From contig JBHGNT010000001.1 in the NCBI GenBank assembly GCA_043228905.1, forward strand, positions 1,054,001 to 1,118,000: a stretch of DNA of 64,000 nucleotides, read 5' to 3'. The notes beneath the pieces were generated by a model. It ran no database searches. It was not told the origin of the DNA and worked only from the letters and a program-made list of their open reading frames with translations. Position 1 is the first letter of the stretch; every line of letters begins with the position of its first letter. A program made the translations under genes and the position numbers. This DNA is from Azolla caroliniana. Its lineage: Eukaryota > Plantae > Polypodiophyta. Positions 26,433 through 40,600 of this stretch are shown here, piece by piece.

Positions 26433-28444
26433 AATCCCTGCCTGTAATACACTTTGTTAGAAAAGTTACTGTGTAATGGTCTTGCCTCCATTAATATTTC
26501 GGTTAAGACCAAGATATTGTGGAGACATACCTTGATGGCCACTCATAATGGTTTGGGCCGTAGATGAACAACACTAGAGCAACCATGTCATAGCTAAATA
26601 TTCTACAGGTACTAGGATGACAACTATGGTGACCATAAAAGAGAAAGAAGATTGGGTGGCAAGTGACCCAATAGTGGAGAAAAATGCCAGAACGAAATTT
26701 GGATTTCAAACCTCAGTAAGAAAGCGAGAGTGGAAGAGAATGAGGAAATTTTGAAAGAATGGTGAGTTTCAATGTCAATGCAACCTACCAAACCAAATTG
26801 GAGTGTTGATATTACAATTAATTGTTTTGAAAAAATGAGTGATGCCACCAATAGCTAGAATTTAACAACTATGCCACCTTCACCATAATGGAAAATTGTG
26901 TGTGATGAATAACAAAACGAAAACTCTCTAATTGCAAGTACTTGCATGTATACAACTTATGATTTGTCAACAAAGACACGTATAAAGCCAAAGATATAGT
27001 GTAAGTCATGTGCATGTTTGTCAACTAAGGCACATATATTACTCATTGCCAACTACTTTTGAGCTTCGAATGATAGACTAATTACTCAAGCAAACTCTAA
27101 TCTTATACTACTTAATGATACTCACGTGAATGAAGATTTATTTAACTATAGAAGTCTTTGTAACCATCCAAACAATTGTTTAAGGAGTGAAAATACGAGG
27201 GAACACCAACAAGATAAAGCTTGCATTAGTCCACATGGTTAATTACAAGTTTTGGGCTAGATTCAATGATTTGGCTTAGGGCTTCAAATAAGAAAGTTAG
27301 TAGAGAGAGGGGGTGGGGCTTAAATTTTCGAAATAAACTACTTTAATTTTCCAAATGTCAAAATATCCTAAATGTTTGAGGTTTGGATGATCATACCATA
27401 CTAAATGCTTGCCTTTAGGGTGATAAAATGTGAACTATTTATTGAGCATATTCTTTAATCAATCAACTATGACATAATGTATCATGATGACATTTAGAAT
27501 ATCTTGGCATTTAGAATATCTTGGCATATAGAATATCAACATTGTGTGTTCATTGGAACAAACATTGGAACAAAACTTGGAAACTCTAAAATGAGTTTAT
27601 GTGCATTATAAAATTTCTTCATAGTCCTTTAGCTTGAGATTGTGCAAACTCATGGCTTTATGATGTTGATAGTTTTATTTCGAAAGATGTGTGAAACCAT
27701 GACATTGACATGTAGTCCTAGAAAGCAATGTTAAAAATCAAACCTACTTCATGCATGGCAACTTCATGTGGCGAAGCAAAACCACTAAGAACCAAGAATA
27801 CTTTACACAGGTTCAAGAGCAATCGACAAATGTGAGGTGGTGTCTTTGGATGACCTAACAGGTGAAACTTTGAATGAAGTCATAATGACAAGGTAACGGG
27901 CAGGGGGTGGTGCGAGTGAGGAATGGTAATCTGGTAGAACTTTGGGTACACACGAGTGGTGGCGTGCTCGTTATGACCTCTCAATAACTACTCGCGCTCT
28001 CGTTTATTGACGATGTCTGGTGTATGAATGAATGAGCATTTTGCTTTTTGGGTTTGTGCTTTTAGGTCGTGGACATATTAGTTGGCAAAAAGGAGACAGG
28101 TAGGATATGATAAAACAAAAAGATATCAAAATGTCAATAGGGGAATGTGATTGGAAATTGAAATAGAAGAAGAAACTCAGAGAATCCAACGATAGAAAAA
28201 ACATATTCAAGGGAAAAAGAAGAAGAAGAAGAAGAAGCAAAAGAAGAAGAGGAAGTGGAAAAGGAAGCCCAAAAACAAAATAGAAGAAAAAACCCAAATA
28301 GAAGCTCGAAGGTCCACCTATAAGAAGAAGAAAAATCTCCCTCCACATATTCATGTACCTTGGGAAATCCCTAATTGTGCTCTGTTTTGAATGATTCTCA
28401 ATTCTGAAGCAGAAGGAATTATTTGAATCTATTCGCAGATTATT

Positions 28445-28938
28445 ATGGTTCAGATTACAGAATTGTATCCTTTACTTTCTTTCTTTGTTATTTATGTACA
28501 TTTCTGATGCTCTGTTTTTTTTTCTCTCTTTTTAGACATAGATTAAATAAGGAAAAAATGAAGAAAAAGAAAAACTTGTAAATCCTTAATTCAATCATTT
28601 ATGGATTTGATCAGTCGTGTGGTCATGCCCTTATCATTATCAGAGGTATATTTTTCTCCTTGATCTTAGGGTGTTTTTTTCTCAATGCTAGTTCTTCCGA
28701 GTTCAATATATATACCCTGGAAAAAATCATCTGATACCATGGATATGAAAGCTAATCTAGTCTCCTGATAGAGAAGAATATGGCTCTATATGTGTTAAAA
28801 CGAGTTATAATGTTTCAGGTTCACATCAATGGAAGCATATGTATGTATTACACATGTACATATATATCTCTATATATAGATCTGTAGATGTAATCATGTA
28901 TGGATGGATGTACAATGAGATGGGTAAATGTTTTTGTC

Positions 28939-28998
<60 letters not shown>

Positions 28999-31900
28999 TA
29001 TTTATATGCATGCATGAATGTAATGTATGTATGTATAAATTTGCATGAGAAATGAGATGGTAAATAGAAATGCTCATCTATGAACATGGATGATACGTTG
29101 ATCAAATTACTGCTCCCCATCGATGAATAATTCAATGGTGAAAGCATCATCAAGCAGACCAAAAGATATCTCCTGATTTCACACTGCCATTGTTTTGAGT
29201 TGGTTATTAATCTAGTCACTTTGGGAGGAAAAAGGCTTATTTCTCTTCGCTCTCTTGATGAGTTTGAAAGATTAGAAGGTGAATGGGTTCCAATGGACAA
29301 ACATTTTATTTCAAAAAACATGACTTCCAATTTAATTAGAGTAATGTCAAATTTTGGAGACATTGTACTAATGTGATCGATTTCAAGTATTGACACCACA
29401 TAAGGATTTTACGAGATATATACATGCGATTTTTTAAAATCTTGTGTTGAGAAGGAATTTCGTAGAATTTTCTCATTATTTAGGCTGCTTCTTATTAGAT
29501 TTTGGTTGGTGGTATCTAATCATGAATATGCAAATGACTAATGGAACAGTACAGAATCGCACAGAGGTATATGGTGACAAAGATGCAACAGGAGAATACC
29601 TCTGGTAGTGAAGGGGTTGAAGTGATGATCAATAAACCTTTCAAGGATGATGAACTTGGAGAGGGTCTCTACACTAGGAAAGTTTATCGGCTAGAAAGGT
29701 ATTCCCTCATTTTCTCTTGATGTTTCTCTATTATGGTAAAAAATCATCATCTCATCTATGTTCTTTTGCCCCTTGTAATGTAAAATCTTAGCAAGTTTCC
29801 GTCATGGATAACTGCCCTGGCTCCGACAGACAGTTTGCAAATTGAGGAAGAGGCATGGAATGCCTATCCCAAATGCAAAACAGGTATTTTTTTCCATTCA
29901 TTTTATGCACATTTCCGGTATGAAAATTAATTTGGTTCAGTAGTCATTGCTATAACGGCATCATTTATTTGTTTATGTAACCACAAGTTTGGGAATTTGG
30001 CATCAAAGCGTTTCAAAGATATTTGTGTGAAGAACAGTATTGAATGTATATAAGGTTTTAACCTTTAATTGCATATCTACACAGTTTTCTAGAGAGACAG
30101 AGACAGAGGAACCTTTGGAAATGGTTCCCTTCCATGTTGTTGAGTCGCCTGGCTCTTCCTTGGAAAGGAGCAGTTCAAAAGTCCATAACACTTAACAAAT
30201 GATGCTTAGGGAATTCTCTTCAAGCTGAAATCTTTCTAAAGTTACCTTGCAGGTGGCATGTCACAAATTGAATAAGATGGATCATGTGGCTAGAGGATAC
30301 CACAATTTGTGGTCAATGGTTTCGCATAATTTGGGTGTACAACAAACCTTTCCTTATCTAGAATTGGTTTGCGCCTGGGAAGGTTGGAAAATTCATGATA
30401 GGCCAATCTTATTGTGCGCATTTGCCAATTAGATATAACATTTTCTCATTAATGACCAAAGGCCAAGGTTGTTGGATATGCATAGTGATTGTGAATTGGC
30501 TTAATAGAAATCTTTTTATTATCCTGGGTGTGCCATTGTGTCGCCAGGGGAGTTACGTGTCCATGTAATTTGGTTTTTGTAAGCCAAAACAAGGAAGCTT
30601 CGTAGGAACAAAATGTGGTGGTTTTCTTTCATTTCTGCATTTTTGGGGCTATTGGTATAAATTGGATCAAGAATGCTCTCTTGAGTTAATTTGCAGATAT
30701 GCATGGGCTAGAGTGGAGCCACTTGAGGTTTTGAACCAGGAGATGATAGAACAAAAAAGATTAATTGCATTAATTTGACATTAATCAAGCAAGGAACTGT
30801 CGATTATATTGTAGATATTTGTGATAAAAATAATGCTTCTTACAATAATAGAGGTGGATTAACAATATCTCCCCTCCCCCCCTCCCATTTACACACGATT
30901 TTCAGTGCATGCAACTGCCAGCTACTGCACATGCTTGCTTCCCGCATCTAGGTGCACGTGACGGTGCATGTGAAACGCCTTGTGCCATGCACACATGCTT
31001 GATTCCCACCAATCTCAGTCCATCCCTTAGCCCACACCTCACAAGCCTTACATTAGGCTTGGTCTAGCCATGATGCACAGGCACGCTGAAAGCATCACAA
31101 CAATGTTCACCTTTGATTCCAAATTTTGAGTGCAGAGTCATATCAGCTGTTTGAGATATCAATACCATAGTAAACACAGATGTCATTACCAAAGATGATT
31201 TGGTTTTGGCATCCTGCCATCTCTTCAGTTTTTTCTTGAGGCATATAATTGTTTTGTGATGTCGCTAAAAAATAGTGATTGATACAATTGTCCATTACAT
31301 AGATTTTTATTATCATTTTCAGAGGTCAAATATGACCAATAATACATGTGAAAGTGAGTAGTGACTCTCAATCGCAATGAACGTTACTAATGAATGTCAC
31401 AATCGAGAGTGCACACTGTGATTGTGAGAAATTCATGCAAGGATTGAGTTTGGCTAACTGTGTTTTGAGAGAGATAGGGAGGCACAACAGTGTCTTTGAA
31501 AAAAGCTAATTGTGTTTTGTTTTTTTATTTGGCATGAACATCACTTTTATGAACCATCTAGTGCTTAAGGTACTTCCACACCTCCTTTCGCTTTGGATGC
31601 AAATATTTGTTCCATATTTATATATCTTAATTCAAACTGAAGTGTTGTAATTTCAGTGTACATATTTTACTAGATTCAAGCTAACAATAGAAACTGTTCA
31701 TGTTGCCGATAATGGGACATCACCGAATGTAAGTATATATATTTCTCTCAAAAAGTCTCGTCAAGTCTGTGAAGTGTATCATTATGCACCATTATTATTA
31801 GAAATTGTCTCAAATTCTACCAGAAGAAATAAACCCTTTTAAAAGTACACAGTAAAATCTGTTTTAGAAGTAGTACACAATCATTAGAAAAAAATTGTGA

Positions 31901-33515
31901 TTCATAGTTTCTATCTATTGTTTTTAATATTTCTGTACATTAGGGACAATATCATTAATCCCATTTCCCAAGTGATTTAAAAAATGTGTTTCTTGGCCCA
32001 TTAGAGACTGTTAAAATCATGTTCCTAAAATTTTGCATAATTAGGTTCATAATTTGGATGATGAATCACTCGCTTTACGCAAAGTGGAAAAGTTGGACAT
32101 AGCTTCGACTGCTACCGACTATTGGAGTTACATGATAGCTGGTGGATCGTTGACAGATTTATCTTCATTTCGTCCGACGAAGACAGAGCGGGGACCTTTG
32201 TTATCAGATTGGCAGGTGTGTTTTCATCATCCTCAAAGACACTCTTCTTGGCTTTCCATGGGACAAATGCAACCCAATTAGGCTTGATAGCTGGGGTCAG
32301 GGTGCCATTGGTATAGGAATGATTTATGTTTTTCCTGTTTATTTTTCAAGGTGCTTTTTTTGCCAAATTGTTTTATTATCTTTCTGGTGTTGCCTTTCTC
32401 TTTAGGATTGATATATATTCATTCTTAAGTATTAATCTTGTGAAAGAATTCCCTGTCGTTGTAGGAAACATGTACCCCAGTAATGACCGCATACAAACTC
32501 GTTACAGTTGACGCACCATACTGGGGTTTTGGTTACCGGATGGAACAAGCTTTGCTTGGGGTAATGTAATGTTGATCCCTTTAAGCATGTACTCGTTTTT
32601 CTTGATAATTTGGTTTTCTGCAATGTTTCTCATCTTTTAGTAAATATTCAATATCAAGTACTTTTTTGGGCATAACCATTGTGATATCAATTATATGTAT
32701 TGTGTATTGTTATTTAATGCGTCAATGATATTTTTGTGGAGGATTTTCACTAAATTAATAGGGCTTTGCAGGCTGAGAAGGCACTTTTCTTGGAAAGCCA
32801 TAAACGTTGCTTTTCATGGATAGATGAGTGGCTTGATCTTACAGAGGATGATATACGATGTATGGAAGCTGAAAATGAGGCTATTCTAAAAAAGGTAGAT
32901 TTTAAATTAACAAAATTAAACATAGTTATTTTCACAAATAATCTCATTTTTTCTTCATGTTCTCTAGAATTCCATTTGATCATTTTGACTTTCTAACAGC
33001 TTTGAACATAGTGTTCTCAAGTCCTCCTTTGACTTATTTTTAAACTTTCTAGAAGGTTTGTAACCTTCTTTGACTTTTGTCTCTCCTGTGGTCCATTGAC
33101 CTCAACTTTCCTAAAACATATCCTCATCCTAACTAATGGAGCTTCCTAAAAACCTTGGATCCATTTAACGGTTTTTGAAAATTCTCTAGAATATTCGAAT
33201 CTCCTATGATGTTTGAGACTTTCTCTTGTGGGGTTTTCAACCCTTACAGAGAATTTTGACTTCTGAGACATTTGAACCTCAATTTTGAGCATTGATGATT
33301 GACTCATGCACAGCCTTGCTAGTGCTTTAAAGCAAGCATACTCTTGTAATAGCCCACTCTCAGATAATGTGAATAGACGGATAAAAGAAACAGATATGTA
33401 AAAGTTGTCGAATTAGCATTGTATATATGTTTTGTGGTTTTTTAACAGTTCTGTGTAAATTGTTCTTATGGTTTACCAGATACTCCATAATAGTTCTGAA
33501 ATATTGGAAACGTGA
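28445..33515 (+). CDS. Phosphatidylinositol transfer protein, START-like IP_trans family (not Sec14), 265 aa, 10 coding exons
   Basis: Exons 28445-28464, 28615-28645, 29550-29698, 29792-29883, 31562-31569, 31657-31728, 32045-32215, 32465-32560, 32772-32894, 33480-33515 join into a 798-nt frame: MVQITEFRVVMPLSLSEY..GSEGVEV..GLYTRKVYRL..EEEAWNAYPKCKT..KTERGPL..MTAYKLV..FSWIDEWLDLTEDDIR. Confidence 0.93.
28465..28614 (+). other. U12-type (minor spliceosome) GT-AG intron
   Basis: 5' site GTATCCTTT; branch-site-like TCCTTAAT at 28583-28590; first downstream AG at 28613-28614; no polypyrimidine tract. Confidence 0.85.
28939..28995. repeat. Compound microsatellite (TA)n(GA)n
   Basis: Directly visible. 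Confidence 0.95.
31562..31569 (+). CDS. 8-nt microexon of the PITP gene
   Basis: CTAG|TGCTTAAG|GTAC; needed to bridge the phase-1 donor at 29883 and the phase-0 acceptor at 31657 (CKT-VLK-CTYF). Confidence 0.8.
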
Positions 33516-33919
33516 GAATGGAATGCCTAAATGAACATGGCTCTAGAAGAGTTGAAGATCCTTTTTTCCCAAGGTCTGATCGTTTTATTATTACCTTAAA
33601 ACGGGTTGGACTCTTTTCGCGTGAAGGTAAAGAAAAGCAGGGGAGGAGAAAATGTTGTACATTTTCTCTCTAGTTCGAGTATTCTTTGATGTTTTAGAGA
33701 ATGTTGCCTATTTGTACAGCATAATCATAAAGAGCAACCAAAGGTAGCATGCCATCAAGACATTTACTATAAATGGTTGTGGAGATACTATCTCTATGAG
33801 TAATGTAAGATTTTCGAAACAATTCTTTATTTATTTCTATAACAGTTACAGGTCATCATATATATAGATTATTGTTGTTTCCATCTAAATAAGAATTCGA
33901 GGTGATGCCTACCCAATTT

Positions 33920-33928
33920 ATATATCTA

Positions 33929-33963
<35 letters not shown>

Positions 33964-33968
33964 ATATA
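33920..33968. repeat. (TATC)n/(TA)n microsatellite
   Basis: Directly visible. Confidence 0.9.
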
Positions 33969-35774
33969 TGAGTGATATAGGATACACGTGCACTCCATAC
34001 TAGTATATGCGATTGCAAACTTATGGACATTTAAGTTCCAGATTTCTCACCTATCAACTGAACATTTTCTTTTAGGAACTGGAAAATAGTAATAGGAAAG
34101 CCATTTTAAAGTTTTAGAATTTTTTATCCTCTTTTAGTACGGATCATTATGTGTTCTTGAATTAAAAATAGAATGAATTCCTATTAACATCTTCTCAAGA
34201 CTAATTAATATAACATATCATAGCGAAAGAAGGCAAAGAAATAAAGTTGTACCAACATGAAATTGAATAAAAATGAGAAACATAAACATCCAGCAAGAGC
34301 AACATAAATTAAGGATTTAATCCCTTGAGTTGTAGAATTTAATCCTTGAAATGTTAATTCTTTCATTTCCCTCAAATATTCATTGCCAGTACAATTGTAG
34401 CATCAATTGTTTGGTAATTAACCTTTTCCAACATGAGAAAAAACTTCAATAGTTGTTTTGTGTTAAGAATTTGAAGGAATATCTAAGACAATGTTATTAA
34501 ATAGCTCTAAGAGTAACCATATGAAGAAGTCCATATAAATGTAATTGTTAGTGTTCATGTGAAAACTTGACAATGAGTTTATACACGACATTATCTTCCT
34601 TTGATGTTTCCTCTTAAATCGTGGACCTAGGAATATCATCCATTCTTTAGGTTACATGAGCCATCATTTCATAACACTCTCATTCTTCATACTTTGAAGA
34701 GTTAGATGTAGATATTTACATTAGTACAAATACTCTAGAAATGCAATCTTGTTAGCACATAAAGGACCTAGAAAAGTATGTTGTCACAATCCATGGTCTC
34801 GTTGATTGTACATGCATATAAAATTTTTACAATCTGACATAGGTGTACATGACCTAATACTAGACACGTGAAGCATACATGTCATTTTTTACCATCATTC
34901 TAAGGTTCTTTATCGTAATTCCCATCTTTAAAGATCTCCAAGCTAATGTTGCGCTAAAACATATTTCACAGTAATATTGCATAGGTCCAACAATCCTGTG
35001 TGTCGAGACGAAAAAGTTAATTTACAAAGTGTGTGCACTTGCTTTTAACAAGTAGATATTTGAGCTGAAAAAATACAATATTGTGTGTGTGTGCTCGTGT
35101 ATGTGTTGAACTCTAAATGTGAATGGCGTAACAATTTAGTCATCATACTTGCATCTAAACTTGGTCTTACAAATTGGCATGTTTTTCCCCGTCTAAGAAA
35201 ATGCTTATAAATACACAAGCTATATTCAATGAAGTTGTATGTTTTGGATTGCAATTTATTGTGTTAATTTAGCCAAAACACAAATGTCAATCATGTCAAT
35301 GTTTGTGTATAGGAGACAATGGGTGGCATCATAATCATTACAATGAGTTGGTAGCCAAGTCCAATTCATACTGATTTGTTTTGCAACATAACAACTATTT
35401 AGTATTCATATTTAGTTTCCCCCCAAGTTAAATGTTGGATTTGGCTAGAAAACGGATTTATAGGAGTGCCTTAGAAGAGGCAAAAAAGGCACCACCTAAT
35501 TCAACATTCATATGAGTTTACAAAAGATGTTCATGTGAGTTTAGAGACCAATTTAGGCATACATTAAGAGTTATAAATCAACATAAATTAAGTACACAAT
35601 CACATAAAATTGAAGTTAAAATACACGGGATAGGGTAAACCATGCATTTATTACATTACTCCTATTAAAACGCTCGTCAAAACATTATTATAGGGAAGTC
35701 CAAAACACATGGTGTTGGAGACCAAATTACAAGGGGTGCTTTGATAAGCTAGTTATAAACTAAAACGAGTCTCA

Positions 35775-36152
35775 TTAGGGCTCACCAAGGGATCCTCGAG
35801 GGGGTAGGGAGTTGTCATCATAAGTTGGTATACTTGGGGGTGGGGACTTATTATCATAGGCTGCTATATTAGGGGGTGGGGATTTATCACAATAAGTTGG
35901 TATACTAGGGGGTGGGGATGTACCACAATAAGTGGGTATAATAGGGGGTTGGGACATCTTGTCGTTGTAAGTTGGTGTACTAACGGGTGATGATTGATTG
36001 TCATTCTTTGGTATATCATGAGGGCGTGGAGACTTATCATCATATTGGGGGGTGGAAGGACTAATATTCTCGTACTCATTGGTGGCATGGCTCCATGTGA
36101 CGGCCACGAGTAATATATAAGCCACTACTATAGTGTGCTCTCCTCTCATCAT
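35775..36152 (-). CDS. Small secreted proline-rich, extensin-like protein (125 aa)
   Basis: Hydrophobic signal peptide (IVVAYILLVAVTWSHA) then ~7 degenerate 12-aa repeats SPPPSIPTYxDK; TATA box upstream. Confidence 0.7.
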   Translation of the reverse strand: MMRGEHTIVVAYILLVAVTWSHATNEYENISPSTPQYDDKSPRPHDIPKNDNQSSPVSTPTYNDKMSQPPIIPTYCGTSPPPSIPTYCDKSPPPNIAAYDNKSPPPSIPTYDDNSLPPRGSLGEP

Positions 36153-36214
36153 TTTCTATCCTCTAATGTATATTCTTCCTCTTTCATTCCCCTCTCCCTC
36201 TTAGTTGAGTTGGT

Positions 36215-36222
36215 TATTTATA
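36215..36222 (-). promoter_or_regulatory. TATA box of extensin-like gene
   Basis: TATAAATA on the minus strand ~63 nt upstream of the ATG. Confidence 0.6.
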
Positions 36223-37666
36223 GCTTAGTTTCTCAACCGTTTCCCCTCTATAGCAACATTTGACAATTTGGCATATATTTTCAATCTGTATCAATCTTTC
36301 TTCTTGAGTTCCCATGTATAGCAACATTTGACAAACTGGCTTGTATTTTCAACATGCACCAATCTTTCTGCTTGGGACACAAAATGTAAGGCTAATTCAA
36401 CCTCCTATGAAGAACATGAACTTTTCTCATTTGAGCCTTCATTTGTTGAGCTATGGGGACATTTTCCATATTTAACTCTTTACAACTAAATCACCTCATT
36501 TGTCATAATATCATGTCTAAAAGAATATGTAAAATTAATGTCGAATTAATCAAAGGCAGATGCATGATGAGTATTCACACAAAAAATGGAAACACTTCTG
36601 TGCATATACGTGTGTGTATGTGTGTATGCGTCTCTGTGTGCTTGTGTGTGTTTGTGTGAGCATGTACACATACAAATGGAACCTATAAGCCTTTCCACAT
36701 TAATTGCTCACAAGTGGAACCTCTTCATGTAACATTGGTTTGCATAGTCTAGCTTATACAACTCACTTGTTGATCTGACTTATCTACCCACTTGAAGCTT
36801 TATCCCATGGGACCAAAATGCAAGGGTCTAATTTTATTAGATTTTTCCTTACAGTCAAGGATCAAATCAAGAGTATTAATGTCAAATTGGTAATTCAAGT
36901 AGAGGATATTATCATGAAGTTTTCAAAGAGTTGATCATAAGCTATGTCTTCAGCAACGATAATCACCTCCAACAAAGAATCAAGGGGGCATCCTTTGTGT
37001 AAACTACTTACGGAGGGGAAGAGATGGTATGCAAGTTTCTCTCTCTCTCTCCAACAATGACTAGTCAGGTGCTGCATAGCTCAACTCCAAACAAAGCAAG
37101 CAACTTGTAATAATCACTTATTGCTTCATGGGAGTGAAGTATTCTAATCTCGAGTGGGTGGAAATGCTTGAGCTACAACTCTCTTAACCAATTAAGTGGC
37201 AAAGAAAGCTACTAGCTTAATTACAATACTTTGGCTAATCATTAATGAACATAGTGTTTGAAAGTAGATCGGGCACACAAGCACACAAGAAAAGGTCAAA
37301 ATAAAACAAATTTGTAAAATAAAACAAAATAACCTATTATCAATTCAAAAGCTCAATTATTACAAAAAATCTAAACATAAGTTTATGGAATAACAGGACT
37401 TTTTTAAAATTCTGGGAACTACAATCTCCAGTGGATTACAATTGCAAAACTTGATGAAGGAAATATACTCCTTTTCAGGTCTGGCAAAAATTACATAAAT
37501 GTGGCAACTTCAAGATATTATGATGGCTCCAAATTTTAGGTATCATGATATACCCTCATAGCTTTTCGCTAAGCATTTCTCTGGGCACTCCATACATTTT
37601 ACCAAAAAATAATTCATTTATGACAAATACAAAAAAAATGTTAACAAACGTATCCTCGTCCTTGAA

Positions 37667-40600
37667 TCAATCCTCGATCCATCCTCCGAATCTCCCTTGA
37701 ACTGGAGGATATTGTGGTAAGTTAGCTTGTTGTGCACGTTCCAACCGGTTATCAAACAAACGATGTGAAGAAAGTAATGCCGGATCCACAACATGATCTT
37801 GTTGCTGAAGCTGGTGTGGAACATAATTCAAAGAAGGGGAAGCAGAAGAATATCGTGGAATTAAGTGGTTTTGTACAGGCAATGCAACTCTACCAACTGT
37901 GCTTGGAAAGGGATTAGTTTCGGTTTGAATACTTGCCAAATCATATGTCCTATATCGATCTGCTTGAGACCCATAGGCAAGCATACCTCCATCTACCATA
38001 GCCTGATAATTATCAGCATTAGCCCTTCCTCTCCTTCCATAACTAAGCTTATCAAATTGTCCACTTGTTGCTTGACCATATTCATTGCCATAACGTTCTA
38101 TCAGATTTATGGCATCATTCTTAACAATTGAATCACACGATGGATCTTCATAGACTCTTCTCTGTCCATCAAGATTGTAAGCATCTTGCCTCCTCGCATT
38201 ATGATCCAAATAGTTTGTTGTGTGGGCTTCCTGATATCTCCTTCCTGGTGAGGCTTGTCGACAATCTTGATACCTTAATGCTCCAGTTTTCCCATAATTT
38301 CGATCTTGATCTTTATTCACACCTTTGCTCGAGTAAATGTCCAGGTCAACTACAGAACTAGTGCTATGGCGATGTCTCACGGGTGATATCTTTCTATGCC
38401 CGTCAAACTCTATACTGCGCCTATCTGACCTAATCGGTGACCACTTCCTACTCGATTCATATCTATCTAGTGTATCATGAGACCACTTCGCACCGGACGA
38501 TTTCCTTCCACTTGATTCACTTTCGTTAATCAGCCGATGCTTCTCAGATGACTTGCTCCGTTGCCCATCACTGTCATACCTATCATTTGTCTTTCCTTTC
38601 CATGAAGTGTCAGGTTTCACTTTATCAGCCATTTCCCTTTTACAATGCTGATCTTTTCCTTCAGTGGCCTTTTCTTTGGGTGATTCCCTCTTCTTCTCTA
38701 CTTTGAAAAGGTCATTTCCTCTTGCAACTCCCTGAACTGTCACAGATCCTTTTTTAAATGGCCTCTCAGACATTAACAGTTTTTCAGCACCATCCCAGGA
38801 AGGGGATTTGTTCACAATAGTGGGGTTGGGCTTCTGTATATTATCTTTAGCAATATCATTGGAGATATTTGGTAAAAGATGGCTATCCACAGCAATACCA
38901 TCAGTCGTATTCAGTGGCAGATGTCTATCATTACGAATATCATTTGAACTATTTGGTATCACATTTTTATCATTAGCAATACCAATAGAAAGTGTTGATG
39001 GTGAGTGTTTGTTAGTCCTATTTCTGCTTGCTAACTTGGGCAAGTTATTTCCATTGGAAGATGCTAGTGTAGCCACAACCATAGGATCTGTGGGTAATGC
39101 CTCCCTTTCATTCGAAACACATTCTGCAGCTTTCCTTCTTGCAATTGTACCATTATTCTTCTTATCTATATCAGAATTGGAAGCTGGCACTAATAATGTA
39201 TCACGTGGCTCTTGCTGAGGTATCCAAGGAGTCCCAAGAAACTGTGTACTTGTTTCTGTCGAAATATGGCCCTTCTCCAAAGCTATTTGTTTGTGTCTTG
39301 ATGTCCAATCAGATCTACTCCACAAATACAGGGGCGGGGCAACAGCATTCCAATCATTTAATGGGTTCTCATCAACATCCACTGAGCCTGGTAAATAAAA
39401 TGACTGCAAGTGACCCATTACATGACTTAACTTTATTAAAGACAAAATGATCTTACTGTTTGCAAATTAAGTCTTCAAACTAACCTTCCCTTCTAAGAGA
39501 TCAGGATCTTCCCATATCAAGTCATATTTTTCACGTTTTCGATCCAGCCTACAAATGGTTTTTGAACCACGTTGAGTGCACAATTATAAATATGACCTCC
39601 ATAAAAAACAGGTACAATCCATAAACAAGAAATTTGTTTGATCATGTCTTCCAATAGTCATTATTGAACCCACTAACTTAGAAATAGTTCATCCATGTAA
39701 GTGTATATTATAAAATTTCCTGCAGTCCAATCCATGATACGCAGAAACAGTGGAGCTACAGGTATTGTAGCTTCCTGAGCCTAGTAGTAATCTCTCATCC
39801 TTTAATTTCAGCACTTACAGTCACTTAAATTGCCAGGTGTTTTAACTTCGATGTAGCTCTGCTTCCACATGTAGCTACAAACAAGTCACCTACCATAATT
39901 TTCTACTAAGACCCATTATTTGCTGCTCTCATGGATTAAAAAAAATCACACAGCTTGTAATATAATACAACACCACTTTCTTGTCCACTACAACCATGTT
40001 CTTGAACGTGAAGGTTGAAGTATTGTCTCATAACTGCACAAATCATAGCATAATTTTCTACTTGGATAGTAAGAGGGATAGCTTTAAAACGAACATATTC
40101 TTGTTGCACATAACGAGGCATACTGTTCCCATCTCATTATGAGAACACAATGATTTAAATGACTGTTGAGATTACAGTCATTTAGATATTGGGACTGACC
40201 TTTTCGGAAGAACAAAATTAGCAATAGCAAATTTGGTACTGACCTTTCAGTTTCCTTGGGAACAATCAACACCACAAGCTTTGGTTTAAACTTTAGGGCA
40301 TGATCTATAAATTGGTTTGCAAGTGCTGCCTTTACTCCAAAAGGTGGATTCAATCCCATGATCTGCAATGCACCCAAATCATCAATTAGTATTGAGAAAA
40401 CAACTCTAGCTCTAAGTCCTCATTCTTGATCTTAATGACTCACAAGTCTGCTGCCATCAGGTAAGTCCTCTTGCTTCACTTTAAACCAGTCCCTCTTTGT
40501 GAAATGGAAGTCATTCTGAAACAGCAGAATGTAAGCATACACCTTGCAGTTATAGAACTCTTAATATCCTAACTCTACCTTACAATATTTCATGATGTGC

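Noticed and set aside
28004-29399. Hydrophobic or low-complexity ORFs around the PITP 5' end
   Set aside because: They arise from (GAA)n, (TA)n and (GA)n tracts in the UTR and intron
37667-39445. 592-aa stand-alone orphan ORF
   Set aside because: It is the terminal exon of EDM2 ([16 protein letters not shown]...GGWIED) plus intron read-through
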